A stretch of 63,587 bases of DNA, counting the filler, from Choristocarpus tenellus KU-1152 (Eukaryota > Protista > Phaeophyceae): assembly GCA_964200185.2 (NCBI GenBank). It is 10 parts of 10 records of this genome, joined end to end, with 100 filler letters (N's around TTAATTAATTAA, not from the genome) between each part and the next. Parts side by side here need not be neighbours in the genome. Positions count along the whole stretch, not along the records: positions 16,160 to 19,927 come from CAXNAD020018034.1; positions 20,028 to 40,248 come from CAXNAD020000409.1; 8 more parts are not named here. The stretch is one strand, 5' to 3'. Each line of letters opens with the position of its first letter. The stretch's first letter is position 1. The notes beneath the pieces are model-generated. The model saw nothing but the letters and a program-made list of their open reading frames with translations, had not been told where the DNA came from and made no database searches. Of the stretch, positions 16,160-29,000 are shown in pieces. The translations under genes were made by a program, and so were the position numbers.

Positions 16160-17103
16160 AATAAAATAAAATAAAATAAAAACAGACGAAATACACACAA
16201 GCACGCACGCACACACGCACACACGCACGCCTCTTAGGTACGTACACTCTCGAACATTTCTTCCATCGAGGGGTTTTTAATATCGCCTGTTCGTCGTTTA
16301 TTTTATCTTTTCAGGTTATTAATTAAACCACACCACCTTTCACAAGGTCAGCTGTTCTCGAGGCTGTAACACTTTTTTCATGCAATACCACTAGACAAGC
16401 CCCCCTCCGCCAACAAGTGAAACAGGGTCCGTCGATCCGTGACCGGCTCTCTTGAAAAAAAAAAAAAGAGGAGGAGGAAGAGAACCAGATCGCACAGAAA
16501 TCTCACGAGAAACACGGACAAGAACCGCTCAACCAAGCGCGTCTCATCAAAAGATCAGAGCTCTAGGAGAGATAGACCCATGCAATGTACAAATAAGTCA
16601 GATACACATAATAATAACACAACGCCCATCCAAGGCCCCGAGGGCTTTGCTCACCTCACCTCTTAACACGTTTAAAAACACGTTTAAAAAAGACATCCGT
16701 ACTGTGTTGCATCGTCCGGATCGAGGAGGGCAAGAGCCAACTCGAACAAAACTCTTCTCTCATTTTTTTTTTTAAACAGCTCGCACAGAAAATATTTAAA
16801 TCGAAAAAAAAAAAAAAAAAAAAAGTCTTACCCCTCGTCAGCGAAGTCGGTTCGCCGCTCTACTGAACCGCGTGCGTAGGATGCAATTTTCGACTCATCA
16901 CTCACCACACACCCCTTTTTCTTATCTACGATCATACAGCAAGACTCATCGATCGGATTTCACTACGTAACAGAAACAAAACGAAAATATCAAGAGGCAT
17001 AGAGATATATATATATCCAACACGCCCCCCTCCTCCCCCTGGACCATGTGGGTGGACCGTTTGTCATCTCACTTTCAAAACAGGTCACCAATCACATGCT
17101 CCA

Positions 17104-17266
17104 CAATATTAATAATATATTATACAATATTAATAATATAATATACAATATTAATAATATATTATACAATATTAATAATATAATATACAATACTAACAAT
17201 AAAATATACAATATTAATAATATAATATGCAATATTAATAACATAATATACAATATTAATAATATA
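17104..17266. repeat. 21-bp AT-rich minisatellite, about 8 units
   Basis: Unit CAATATTAATAATATAWTATA. It explains the spurious NINNIIY and ILLILY ORFs. Confidence 0.9.
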
Positions 17267-18142
17267 GCAAGTAGCCTGCAAGTCACAAGTAGATTCATTT
17301 TACATCCCTTCTGTTGCCATCCCGGTGTCAAGAACTCTACCCTGCAGCAGCTAATAGTATACACGCCACTGTAAGCAACTCCACATATAAAAGTATACTT
17401 TTTTTTAGTGAACATGCATGCTCCCTTTCCAAATTCCGCACATCTCACAAGAAATTGTATATGCGGAAGTTTGTAACAGTAGCGATGAACATGATGTCGA
17501 AACAGCTAAGTTGTAAAGCAGTGAGCAACTTGCACTCATTGAAATCTATGATCTCTCTACGTAAAGCCCTAAGAATCACAGTAACATATCCCCCTCATTC
17601 GGACACAGTGAGGCCAAGGATGATAAAATAAAATAGTGACATTGTATCCACTTGAACGATCATTGGGAGAGGTATTTGTACACAAGTTCATTTTCTGGAG
17701 TATTGGCATCCAACAATTTGTGAGTGGGGAGGTAATGAGGGGGAGTGGGCTCAGGGGGGTGTTGCTGAACTAGTGCGGCATTTTCAAGTCAACCAGATAG
17801 ATTGTAAACATTGACGAGGATACAACCCAACCCCCCCCTTAAGGTACAAGCGTTTGAGGATAAAAGAGAGGTTGGGTAGGTAGCAAGAACACACAACACG
17901 AGCCTGGATACTACCGAAAGTTTGGTCACATATCTTGGATAGTGGTCTTGCTTTCTCCCTACCACATCGATATTCCACTAATATCGGTCGCGTCGAAAGA
18001 AGCATCTGCGAGCTAAGCGGAGCACCGGTCAGAAGAATGGGAGGTCGACAACGAAACACCGAGTGGTTTTGCTTTTACTGTACAACTACTCTAGAGCAAC
18101 TTCAACTAAAGAGGTGATAGTCACATTTCTCCAAATTCTCAC

Positions 18143-18232
18143 CTCCCAGAGTAAGGCCTCTGTGACGTCCTGGTCAAGGTTGCCCATATAGCAGGTCGCA
18201 TCTTGATTACGTTGCTCGATGGACGCAGACAT
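18143..18232 (-). CDS. SF3B4: Splicing factor 3B subunit 4, first exon (start of RRM1), partial
   Basis: The exon from the ATG at 18232 encodes MSASIEQRNQDATCYMGNLDQDVTEALLWE, followed by a GTGAGA donor. It matches the SF3B4 N-terminus [24 protein letters not shown]. It is absent from the supplied ORF track, and I could not find downstream exons in this contig. Confidence 0.88.
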
Positions 18233-19832
18233 GCCTTAGTCTCCTCTCCGTAGTGATCTCCCCCAAACCTCCAGTGTCGAGAGGGAAAACAAGATCCTGT
18301 AGGTAACTGTTATGCTTTTTTTCTTATTCAATGTGGGAAGAGCAATTGGGCCCTGGGCCCACGGATATGGAACACGCAACCTCCCCCACCCGTAGCTCTG
18401 CTGAAGTGTTCTCCGCATCCACATCGCCCATGATTAATCGTTAGCAAGGTGGTGAAAGAGGATTTGAAGCAGGTCATTATTAGGAAATCACACTACCGTT
18501 CTTATTATGCCAATACTGCACAGCAATAACACTCTACCTCTTACACCAACGCTCCACAAACAAAGAGGAGATTGCCATTATCCTCCTTCCCGACCCTCAA
18601 CCAAGATATTCCTTTCCTTTCCTAAGAGGAAATCAGTGTCGTATTGAATGGTATACAAGTATGATCGCATACCTCGTGGGTGGCAGAGCAACGTACCCAC
18701 CAGTTGGTGAAAGCTGGGGAAGGATCCACAAGTGCAGGAAGTAAGGGGTGCACCAGAGCCCCAAACCAAACATTGGGTAGGCGTTTCCATGACCACTTGC
18801 ATTTTTTTGTTTTCTCCACAACAAAAAAATTGGAGAGTCAAAATCCCCTTTCTCCTACTACCAATGCATACACCTCAAGTATATAGGTCCCTTCCACGAA
18901 CGTGACAGAAAAACGTGTATAATCTACCCCTACATAATCTACAATATAAATTGATATTGACTTGTTTTATTGAGGAAATGGTATGAAATTGTTCATCTTG
19001 ATCTAGTGTGGGCTGTGCTTGTCCAATTTGGCGTAGATATGAAGATGATTCCAGTCATCCGCTAATTCCGTGATGGAATGAGGGCATGTATGTGTTTGCA
19101 TGGATGATGGCGAGTGTACAAAGTGCTTCGAGGTTGGACTGGTCTTTCGACAGGGTTGCAACAGGTGTATCGCTTGAACTTAAGATCTGAATGCTTGAGG
19201 CTGAGGTGCTTGGACTTCTGATATAAGGTCTATGACATGAACACTACGTCAAGGTTTATCATCATCAGAAGCTTCGCTCTCATCACCACCATTTCCTCCT
19301 CCATTGAAATGAAAAGGCTCAAGTTCGCCTTGGCATGTATAAGAATCTTATGTACAACAATAATTGTAGTTCTAAAACTGACAATTGAAGGGTATACCAC
19401 ACCAGAACTTTCTCGTATCATATACGTACAGTCTGCAGATCAGAAGTCTAAACAGCGTTGCACCTTTGTCAGTGGGTGGTGTGTACAACATGTTAGGCAT
19501 ATAATAGTCTGAAACCCTTCACCATCACACCAAGCTGACCCCAAGTGTTCAGCAGGCAACAGCCGAATTCTCTGGAAAATGGCCATCCTGTTGAATATTG
19601 GAGTTCTATTTACATTCCCGCTGCACCTCCTCGTATTTGGTTTGCTCTGTCCCCCTTCAGCCCATATACTCCTACTCCTGCTTGTCCAGTACCATAGTGT
19701 GGGTAAGATTGCACTCCCTCGTCGCCACCCTTGCCTCTTTCTTGAATTTCGCGTCCCAGCCACCTGCTTCCTGTGGCTGCAGGTTCGAACTTTCTTTGAA
19801 AGAGATTCTCTCCATCCCTTCTTCTTGGCTAA

Positions 19833-19927
19833 GGCTCAAAGTATCTGGGGGAGGGTGGCGGCTGTCCATTTGGGGTCAATTTTTCCATGTCGCAATTTTT
19901 GGGTTATTTGGTTGCATACGTCGGATG
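19833..19927 (+). mobile_element. MITE family B, left part truncated by contig end
   Basis: GGCTCAAAGTATCTGGGGGAGGG...GTCCATTTGGGG...TTTGGTTGCATACGTCGGAT is homologous to 22106-22274 and is preceded by TAA. Confidence 0.75.
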
Positions 19928-20027
19928 NNNNNNNNNNNNNNNNNNNNNNNNNNNNNNNNNNNNNNNNNNNNTTAATTAATTAANNNNNNNNNNNNNNNNN
20001 NNNNNNNNNNNNNNNNNNNNNNNNNNN
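19928..20027. other. Artificial contig linker
   Basis: N44-TTAATTAATTAA-N44. Confidence 0.99.
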
Positions 20028-22105
20028 ATTGTTATAAAAAAATAAATTCTAACATTTGTTAGTGAACATGACAGTCTGCCGCACTTACTAAAATGGTAGT
20101 GCTACAGTTTACCCAGAGTTGGATACTGTGTGAGAAAGATTGTTACGTCTACTAACTATAAACGTGTTCTGAACGTTGTTAAAATAATAGTTAGAAGGGA
20201 AGTGAACATTGTCCTACAAAAATCATGTACGGGTGAGTTTTTCTCTTTCTTATACATAATTGTTTATAATCCCTGAATGACGTTATTTACCTAAGTGCAA
20301 TGCACAACAATTCATTTCAGTAACGTGGGAAAGGGGGTATTGGAATGTAGTTGGAGCTCCGTCACTCTTGTATTCACGTTTAGCGAATGTGATTTCTCAA
20401 ATCTAATTTCTCCTGGTCCTCATCTAGTTATATTTCAACAGTATCTGTGCTTGTTTTTGTTGGTACAAGAGCTGGTTTGCTTCATGCATACATCTCCCCT
20501 TTCCTTGGAAACAATTTATCTAAATACGGAGGTGCCCCCTTCTTACATTAGAAGTGAACAAGAGATTCACACATTGAATATTTGACGTGTGGTTTGTCAT
20601 TTTCCGGCCACTACAATAAACCTGTTTTTACAACCGGTGAACGAAAATGGAGTACAAGGATGTTACATCTACGATACATACGAAGATGAAGACTGCACAA
20701 TTTCTTTGTAATGCAATATGCACACCTTTCCTCAAGCAAATTGTCTTTCCACAACGTCAACCTTATTTCCCAAATATTCAACCCTGCAAACCCAATTAAG
20801 GACATTGCATTATGGGTACTACATAGAAATACGTTCGATATTGAATGTACAGGACATAGCATCGATATTTAATTGAACATCACACTATCAATACTTCAGC
20901 TTCGACCTCCACCCCCTTCACCCTAATTTATTGAATGTATTGAATGGTGGTGTCTACTTGGTGACTAAGTCAAAGTAAGGTAGAGGTACCCAGGTTTTGG
21001 CCGTTTTGCGTTTCAAGCCAGTTTTTCATTTTTCGCAATGCAGCCTTAATTCTATGGATGAAGTGCTAAGTTTGACCTGAGAGTATTGATTTCTCTATTT
21101 TAGAGACTTTCCAACCGAATTTAGAAAATATTCTACATCTATCTGAATAGAAAGTAAAACTTGGGCATACTTGTCAGCATCGTTAGAATGCAACCCTGGA
21201 TACCTCTCACTTTGAATCGCTTCTTACATGTGGTGCACCCAATTCCATGTGGGCTTCCCACCTCTAGCTGCTCTGCTTTCCGTTTTACATTACACTGGAG
21301 TGGATAGCAGTCTGAAATTTGCTGCTAGTGTTACAAAATGCTCCACAAGCTTACAATGATGGGATATGGAGCTCCAATCCACAAGCCTGTAGGTGGGTGA
21401 TGAGGCTTGTAGAAGGTTCCATGTAGGAAATGTCGCCAAATATACTGGATCTCTCACTTCGATTATTCACGTTTTGCTTTGAAGGGGGGGTATAAATAGT
21501 TCTGAACAACCATTTGTGCTAAGTGCATGGCCTTACAATAACAATCTAACAAATAGTCAAGAATTACAAATATATATAATTGAGGACTTCGTGGTCATGA
21601 TGGCGTTTATGGAGCCACCAATAAGACAGATTGCCTGTGTCACTAGAACATCGCCCTCGTAGCAGATTTATGTGGCAAACTAGCTCTAAAGTTGTTGCGG
21701 AAAACAAACGTTGTAGGAGCAGGATGAGTCCTAATGTCCTAGTCTTGATTAGGTTCAGCAATATGCTTTTCTAAGGTACGGGAAAAGGTAATAATGTAGA
21801 AAAATGCAACAAGAGAAGAGAACTAGGTTAAGAAAACTAATGCTCTCGCACCCTAATCTCGTTATACTCCACTGCATGAGAGGAGGTGGGGCCATAATTT
21901 CCCTTTTACGAAACCCATGCAATCCTGGAGGAGGTTGAGTGCTGGATAATGCGTAGCTAGGTGAGTGTAGTAGTGTTTCTTGCGTGTCCACACCATGCAG
22001 TCAAAAAGCAGTAGAACCTTGAGCACTACAGCCTCAAGTTTCCTAATCTTCAGGTCAGTGGTACGTACGTCAATTGCTCTGTCATCAGGTAGTTCTTTTC
22101 ATTTT

Positions 22106-22274
22106 GGTCTAAAATATCTGGAGGAGTGGTGGAGACTGTCCATTCGGGACCGATTTTTCCATGTTACGATTTTTTGGTGATTTGGTTGCATGCGTCGGAT
22201 AATGTAAGTGCGCTTTTCCTAGAAGGGGCCGAATGGACATCCTGGTGTACACCTCCCCCCAGATACTTTGAGCC
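22106..22274 (+). mobile_element. MITE family B, complete copy (about 169 bp)
   Basis: Inverted ends GGTCTAAAATATCTGG...GTCCATTCGG and CCGAATGGAC...CCAGATACTTTGAGCC. No clear target-site duplication. Confidence 0.8.
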
Positions 22275-23028
22275 CGTACTTCATGTAGAAGACCCCATGT
22301 GTGGTTGTTGGATCCGTTGGTGGACTTCTTCAGTAGAAATATCAGGATCACTCATCGATGAACCTCGTAGATAAACATATCAAACTTTTCAGTATATTTG
22401 TACCTTCGCTCTACAGGGTCAACCTGGATTGCGTCTTCTGCTTGGTTGAGGACTTACAGTGATATGGTTTTTGTCTTTTCCGAAGTTAGTTTTATATGAC
22501 CATACCAAACAATTCGTTCAGTAGTAATATTACTATGACTAAGGAAACTTGGATTTGGAATGTTGGATTTGTCAAAGATATACTATTTTTATAGAAAGAA
22601 AAATATTTTAGTATTTGGAGTCGATATCTAGAAATATATATATTAGATATAGTAGTATAACAGGCAGTATAAACAGTAACAAGTACAACTTCTATTTCCA
22701 ACTATAATGAGTAATAGTTTTCTTCAACTTTGTATCATACATACGACGATACGTGTAGAGGGTCCGAAGATTCGTGACATACCATACACCACAGATGACA
22801 GGGGATTCGCATATGGCAAGGCTTCGGTGAGACAGTGAGGAGAACAGTACCTGCTAACTGTCCTTGATGCTTGCAGGTTGTGGAGCAAACTTAATATTCT
22901 TTGTGAAGGAACCTTGCTAGTGCAGAAGTGAAAAGGCAAGCGGAGCAGAGAGTCTTGTGTTGGCTTCGCTCACGTTGAAGAGAGAGGAAGTCAAACGCAT
23001 GTGAGCGGGAGGAGGGGACACAGTCATC

Positions 23029-26000
23029 ATGGGTGGGGCCGGCCAGCTTCTCTTGACTTGCTCCATATCTTTAACGCTTGCAGTCACGGGAAGCGGATTT
23101 TCATGTTCGCCACATCCCAGGCGAGACACATCTAGCGCCTTCATCTGCAGCCCATACCCTTCAAGGTGAGCAAAAAATCTGACTGATGTCTCGGTTTCAG
23201 CCTGTGACCCTGTGCTTCTCTCGCAATCGTATACCTCTATCAAGATGGTACCATACGATCTATTCTTCTACCTCTCTCTGTTTTCTGCCTGTCCTTTTCT
23301 CACTCTCCCATATAGATGCAGTACATCACCTGCTCGACTTGGTATTTGTAGGGCTACCGCTCTGGGTCGCCCATCAGAAAGGTCTGAACGTTCTAGCCAG
23401 TTGCCAAAGCGTTCCCAAGTGCCGGTGCGTGATTTTAATAGCTTAGGAATACGAAACCAATCTTTGGAGAGGCCGCAACCGGAAGAGGCAACTGTTGTGA
23501 CCATCCCAGGCCTGTTGGAAGAGGGGGTTGGTATCGACGGGGTTGCGGTGGAGGAGAAGGGAGTTCCGGCGGGGGATGTTGGTAGGTTTGTTGAGAAAGA
23601 GACTTTGTTTGTGGGTGATGCAGAGCGGGCCGTGACGGTCGCGAATACCATGGAGGAAAGTGAGGACAATGGCGTCCTAATCTCTACCAATAATTTGTCT
23701 CGGAGATGGAGGGGACGCATTACATCGGTCATAAGGACCTTCCAAATATGGTTATTCCTTTTTCATGTGCTATTCAAATTATTACGGCAAAAGCTGGTGC
23801 AACGTGATGAGGAACGCATGTCTCAGCGGCGACGGAAGCTGGGAAAATATCTGTGCAGGGCTTTCCTCAAGCTGGGACCTACATTCATCAAGATTGGGCA
23901 GGTAGTATAGCGAGGTGTTGCAGGTATTGTCGGTTATAAGGCATTAAGTTCGTTTCCTATGCTTGGGAATGTTTTTGGGCATCTTAAGGTATCCTGGTGT
24001 TTAAGTGGAAATGTGTCAAGACTTGGTTTAATTGCAATTGATTGATGAGAGTTGCTGTGGTGACTATGCATGGAGTTAAACAGTGTATGAAACACAAGTT
24101 GCAGGTAAAATCCATGACTTAGAAGAGGTAGGGGCGTCTGACAAGTTAGATGAGGTCAAGCATCCAACAATCTTCTATGTTGGGGGGTATGCAGTATTGT
24201 GTGTTTTCCTAGTCACCTTCCTACCTTCCTCTTCCTCCTGTAGTGTTTATTCTCCCTGCAGTCTCTACTGTCCTACTGCCGCTTGTAGTCTTGTGAAGCA
24301 TCCTGAGTCCTTTTTTGAGCTATTCAATGATGTCTTCGTTGCCGTCCTTGCCCATCTTGCTCCTGCAAGATTTCAACATGGACAACTATGAATAGGTTTG
24401 AGAATCAGAAATCAGCGCAGTAGATTTAAGACATTGAAATGCCTCTCTTAGCGCCTTAAGTTCTGCCTGTTCCCTGCTCCCCTTTGCATGGACTGTCAGC
24501 TGCTCTCTACACGTGTTGATCTTCTGGCCACTGAATACATTGAGGAGCTGCGAAGGCTGCAGGATGATGTACCAGGGTTTGGAGGAGAAAAGGCGGTTGA
24601 AATCATTGAGCGAGAGCTTGGTGCCCCTGTGGATGAACTATTTGACTCATTCAATAGGACCTCACTGGCAGCGGCTAGTTTGGGACAGGTATTATTCCAT
24701 GATTATCATGATTTTTTTTCTGGCAGATTTTTTTGCCCAGGATGTTTTGCGGGGGACACAGCTTGATGTATAATATCAATATTCAATATCAATATTCAAT
24801 AATGCAGTACATGATATGATATGTAATACAGACAGTTCAGACTCTTATTTGAAGGGCACTTGACATTTTTTTTTTCTCCAAGTAATAGGTATGTTTGACT
24901 TGTACCGAACTCTTCAATCTTAGCTATCTTGGTCCATATATTTTTTCTGAAGGTAATGATAATAAAACTAGTATTTACTTTCTTGTCTGTACCACAGTTG
25001 TTCACCTTGCAATGTTGAAAGTGTATGTAATGATAATCCAATGGTGGCAGTAGAGGGTCAGGAGAGGAGTTGGATAAATGATAATTAACAATACCAATTA
25101 TTACTAGTAGTAATTATAAGAATAATAAGAACAACTACTGTGGTTGGGATTGGGATTGGGATTGTATACTGTACAGAGTACTACTGTGTAGAATAGGATG
25201 ATAATGATTGCATCTGAACAAGAGTACTCGTCTATGATGATTGTGGCTCTTAGTACTGGGATGGTTCAATACTGTATTATGGTTTAGCAAGGAAGGGTAC
25301 AGAAGACTATTTATAGTACCATATATAGGGTCAGGGTTAGGGTTATAGTATTGTATATAGTATTGAATATATATTATTGTGTGCACTCTTGCCACTTGGT
25401 GTTGATAGACTTTCATGGACTGTGTCGGGTGGAAAAACCTATACTTGATTTGCAGTATTTGCTTGGAGGGATATGAGATAAGAGATTGAAGACACTTGCA
25501 GCTGGTTCCTCAAACTTTGTTCCATATAGCACATTCCAACCAATATTAGTAGTAATGTTAATAATAGTAATTTATTAATATTACTTTAATTAGCTACACA
25601 CATTGATACATGCTGTCTTTGGGAGGTTTTGAGTAAGATAGGAGATGAATGATTGGCCAGGTCCTGTTTGCTGCTATGATTTGAGTAAGATAGGAATGGT
25701 TTGTTGGTGATTCAAGTGTCTGATGGGTGCTTTTGTAACCACAAGCGCTGTTGTTCAATGTTTGATACTAGATATTTGATGTTTTCAAAACAACTCTGGC
25801 TTTGTGTGTATGTGGAAATTATTTAGGTGCATGAGGCGTACCTAAATGGATCAAGGTATGCTGTCAAGGTGCAGAGACCTGGACTGAGGGAGTTGTTTCG
25901 AGTGGATCTTAGGAGCATTGGTCTTGTTGCAGCCCTGCTGGATCGCTTTGATCCCAAGCTGGATGGTGCATCAAGGTATTATTATTTTTATTTTTGTACC

Positions 26001-29000
26001 TCTTTGTTGTCATGTACTTTTTGAAAGTAGCAATATTTAAATATCAGAACCGCTTGTGCCTATTTGTAGAGGGATATCATATCATATCATATCATATATA
26101 TCATATCATATAATAACATATCATATATATCATATATATCATATCATATCATATCATATATATCATATCATATCATATCATATATATCATATATATCATA
26201 TATATCATATCGTATCATATCATATGAAATGGACCATCGAACACTGGACATATGATATATTGGTGAGTATAATAGGTATTGGATGTGTTAGAGATTCCTG
26301 TGGTAAAGACTTTTTGGTTGAAGTGTGTGTGTGTGTGTGTGTTTGATATCGTGTTGCATTGATATGTTGATGTTTTGATATGCCGCAGTAACTGCCTGGT
26401 GGTGGTACAGCACCACTAGACAGTACAACCTGACTTTAGGACTGTTGATGATCTGTGGTGGTGTACCTACCACAGTAGAGGGTACAATGAAGGGTAACTT
26501 AAATTGACAAGAACTTGTGACGATGGTTATGGTGATACAGTTGTATTAATGTTCTGTATGAATGTACTGTTTGGGTTAGGGTTAGGGTTCTGTCACGCTC
26601 TGTACTGAGTGTCTCACATTTTGTATGGTATGGTATGGTATGGTATAGCCTTGGTGGGGAGTTGTGAACTTTGTGAATTAAGGGCTAGGAATTAGGGAGT
26701 TCTATGGTATGCTTGGCCTGTTAATGTACTGATTAGTAATACACTGTGGGTTGTGGGGTCAAGAGAGGTGTGTAAAGAAAAGCAAAAATGAATGATTTTG
26801 TCTTGTTTCTATCAATAAACCTTTAATAATTCCTCCATCTCTTCATTTTAATACAATCTTGATTTTTATACATTTGTGAAAGTGGAAGATGTAGATTCTC
26901 GCAGTACACTCTGGTTTTGTTATCATTTTTGTCCTATTTGACTTCATTTACTTGGACTAAGTAATGTGTGCTGTGTACAGTATAGAGTGCTCCTACAAGC
27001 TTAAACAAGTGTTTTTAGGTAACCCTAACACTAACACATCTCACTTGTTACAAGGCATTCTCCAGAGGTACCCTGTATGCATCCCAATGGTTCTTGTTAA
27101 ATTCCAAGTATTAATAATTTTAGCATTAAAATGAGGTCACTTCTCATGGGCCATGTGTATATTAACTGCTAACATGTATCACCCTGCTATTCTAAGGTAA
27201 ACTTAGTCAGTTGTGATTGCAGCAGCTGTTTCAATGGTGTGTACCATCTCACCTCATTCTAAACTTGCAGTGACACTATTTTCTTATTGTTCTAATTCTT
27301 AGTATTTTCATTTTTTTTTTTGAAGAGACTGGGGTGCAATATTCCGTGAGAGCAGTCGTGTGCTGTATGAGGAGGTGGACTATATGAGAGAGGGGAGTAA
27401 TGCAGAACGTTTCAGTCAAAATTTCAAAAATTGCCAGTGGGTCAAGGCTCCCATAATCAACTGGGACCGCAGCACTGATAAGGTAAGACAAACAGCCCTA
27501 ACCCTAACCCTAATAATATAAAAAATACCCCTGACCCTAACCCTAAGAAGGTAAGATGACTAACCCTAACCCTAACTGAATATACATGGGTGGGCTAAAG
27601 AAGGGTTAGGGTTTTGTGTGTGTGCAGCAAATTTAAAGGGGGAAGATGGTGAGTGTGGTCACTGAAGGATTTAGTTTCAAAAGTGCAATTGTGTCATACA
27701 GTACACACTGTAGTTAAAAAAATGAGATACATGTGGATTATGCAGGACTTGATGAATGAATGGTGTAAGAGCGCTTTCATGCATGGTTTGGAATAGCAGC
27801 GGTTCTGTTTTTCTTTTTTGAGTTCAAGTCTATATATGTCTTTTACTTGTCTCTTACTTGTCTTTTACTTGTCCCAACTGAGCCCAACTGAGTGCCATTG
27901 TCCAGTTTGTCATGTTTGTCATGTTTGTCATGTTTGTAATGTTTGTGCACATGTGTGTATACATAGATGAGGGGTCAAATCAGTATACCAAGACATTGTC
28001 TGGGGAATTTCCACTTGATCCAATATATCCAATATGACAAGGATGGAGTGTTAGGTAGTTACTTATCTCCTTTGAGCCTTTGAGCTACTGTATGTGTGTA
28101 CTGCCTGTACCAGTCGCTGAACCTCTACTACTGCTAATAATGATAATGCTTTTTAGCAACTTTTTACATCTTTGAATACAGTTCCGTCCCCTGGCAGGCG
28201 TTGTTTTGATGGTGTCATAGTGTAATAGTCCCAAATTCTACACTTTTATATTTTGACATCTTTCCAATTCTTCTGATAAACAACTGCAGCTCTGGTCTGA
28301 AGGTCACCTACCCCAGCAGTCTTGTTTATTTATTTAATAGTATGTTCCATGATCAAGTGTTCTACATTTTTATAGTATGGGGATTTACAGTATGGGGATA
28401 CAATGGACCACGCCTTCAGTATGAAAGGAAAACTAGGAATTGGTCAGTATTGTCACAGAAATTGTTGAGTGTATTTTGTACCACATCTGATATTTCATAC
28501 TATTAACAGCACATAGTATCTGTTGCATGATAATTAAATAAGATGTGTTAGTGTTAGGGTTGGAATGAGATTGGAGGGTTGCTAGGATTGCAAAGATATT
28601 TTGGTGCATGTGAAGAGCTTGAGAAGGTGTTCAATGTTCTTGATGTACTTCCTGTACATTGCCAGAGTTAGGGTAGGGGTTGATGGTAAGTATGTAGTAT
28701 TAGTACAAGACATTGTTAGTGTAATGGTGAGGATATGGTGTGATTTTATACGTAATGGTGAGCATGGAAAGATGTAGTCTTTGCTTTCCCAGGTGCTTTC
28801 CCAGATCTTGAGGAGAAATTTTGCCGTGGTTTGTGTTTGGCTGTTATATTTTTGTTTCTTAGTAGTTATAGCTTGAAGAGCAGAGCAGATATAGTTGTAT
28901 CCAGTTGTGCACCAATTGCAATTATCAGTGCAATTATCAGTGCAATTACCAGTGCAATTATCAGTGCAATTATCAGTGCAATTACCAGTGCAATTACCAG

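Noticed and set aside
17048-17448. Asn-rich and Leu/Ile-rich ORFs (similarly 28831-29163 and 49989-50450)
   Set aside because: These are translations of minisatellites.
18347-18361. Tandem TGGGCC (plant site II-like) motifs upstream of SF3B4
   Set aside because: The motif is short and TCP factors are green-lineage proteins, so function cannot be supported.
19230-19763. Minus-strand frame with a single internal stop and CxxC...H residues (possible zinc finger or gag remnant)
   Set aside because: The spacing fits neither a CCHC knuckle nor a BED/TTF finger convincingly, and no other TE domain is nearby.
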